From positions 1-6,284 of the forward strand of contig WBXG01000076.1 in assembly GCA_008932965.1 (NCBI GenBank): a stretch of 6,284 nucleotides of DNA, written 5' to 3'. The stretch comes from Verrucomicrobiota bacterium. Its GTDB lineage: Bacteria; Verrucomicrobiota; Verrucomicrobiia; Chthoniobacterales; UBA6821. Numbering within the stretch: position 1 is the stretch's first letter; every line of letters begins with the position of its first letter. Positions 6,056-6,284 of this stretch are shown in pieces. The translations under genes were made by a program, and so were the position numbers. The notes beneath the pieces are model-generated. The model was not told where the DNA came from. It worked only from the letters and a program-made list of their open reading frames with translations, and did no database searches.

Positions 6056-6099
6056 AGCTTTGCGGTTTCCTCTTCACGATCAGTATGAAATATCTGGGC
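6056..6099 (-). repeat. Partial copy (5' module only) of the repeat family, next to the ssrA terminator
   Basis: AGCTTTGCGGTTTCCTCTTCACGATCAGTATGAAATATCTGGGC is a direct repeat of 6236-6281 (AGCTTTGCACGGCGCCTCATAACGATTCAGTATGAAATATCCGGGC). Its reverse complement aligns with the 5' modules of copies A and B. It shares the junction TA (6100-6101) with copy C, which forms the palindrome GGGCTAGCCC (6096-6105). Confidence 0.7.
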
Positions 6100-6101
6100 T
6101 A

Positions 6102-6281
6102 GCCCGCATATTTCACACTAAATCTATTACGGCTTGTGGAAAGCTTATCATTACTGCGTTGGTCTCGAATTGTGATTTGGGCAGTATGAAACATACAGCC
6201 CGGCATCCCAATCCTTCGTCCGCCTTGTACTAATAAGCTTTGCACGGCGCCTCATAACGATTCAGTATGAAATATCCGGGC
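6102..6281 (-). repeat. Copy C (full length, compact) of the repeat family, minus-strand orientation relative to copy A
   Basis: The termini 6102-6124 and 6259-6281 pair over 23 positions: 20 Watson-Crick, 1 C/C mismatch, and 2 that are G-U only on the minus strand. TA flanks both sides (6100-6101 and 6282-6283). The reverse complement aligns with copy A along its length: 5' module, CAAGGCG-R-R-CGA box, internal hairpin, TTCGAGACCAACGCAG box and 3' terminus. Confidence 0.8.
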
Positions 6282-6284
6282 TAG

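Noticed and set aside
5444-6233. ORFs 5444-5683 (+), 5780-6040 (-) and 6009-6233 (+)
   Set aside because: They overlap the DUF4870 gene end, the tmRNA gene, its terminator or the repeat copies. These are chance frames in RNA or repeat sequence.
6056-6281. Direct repeats 6056-6099 and 6236-6281 as a possible CRISPR array
   Set aside because: There are only two imperfect ~45-bp copies. They are the terminal modules of the larger inverted-terminus element, and the sequence between them is the body of that element, not a spacer. No cas genes are present.
5981-6284. Integrated island or prophage att site at the tmRNA 3' end
   Set aside because: No duplicate of the tmRNA 3' segment (GGGGTTCAACTCCCCTCGCCTCCACCA) occurs downstream within the window, and no integrase gene is visible. 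This cannot be excluded beyond 6284.

Overview
Moderately AT-rich bacterial chromosomal window with housekeeping genes. It holds the 5' part of a secreted Ig-like-domain protein gene (-), a GlcD-family FAD-linked oxidase (+), an orphan membrane protein (+), fabF (-), a DUF4870 membrane protein (+), and a clear tmRNA gene (ssrA, +) with its terminator. I see no defence, toxin or mobile-element protein genes. The unexplained signal is in the intergenic DNA: at least four copies of one unclassified repeat family, copy A 929-1172 (+), copy B 2765-2889 (+), a fragment at 6056-6099 (-) and copy C 6102-6281 (-). Each has ~23-bp imperfect inverted termini (consensus about RCCCNNATATTTYATACTGRWTCG), a flanking TA, and conserved internal boxes. 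Copy A is about 60% G+C (hand count) between AT-rich flanks. It contains GNRA-capped hairpins and tandem G/A pairs. Its non-Watson-Crick helix positions are G-U only on one strand. Copies A and C also differ by compensatory base-pair changes. My best reading is a Correia/ERIC-like MITE family selected at the RNA level, or a novel multicopy structured ncRNA. This is inference from hand alignment only and needs genome-wide and transcript data. Lineage is speculative: few Shine-Dalgarno sites, an Inc-like bilobed hydrophobic protein and a Big_7-like secreted protein loosely suggest a PVC-group or environmental Chlamydiae-like organism.
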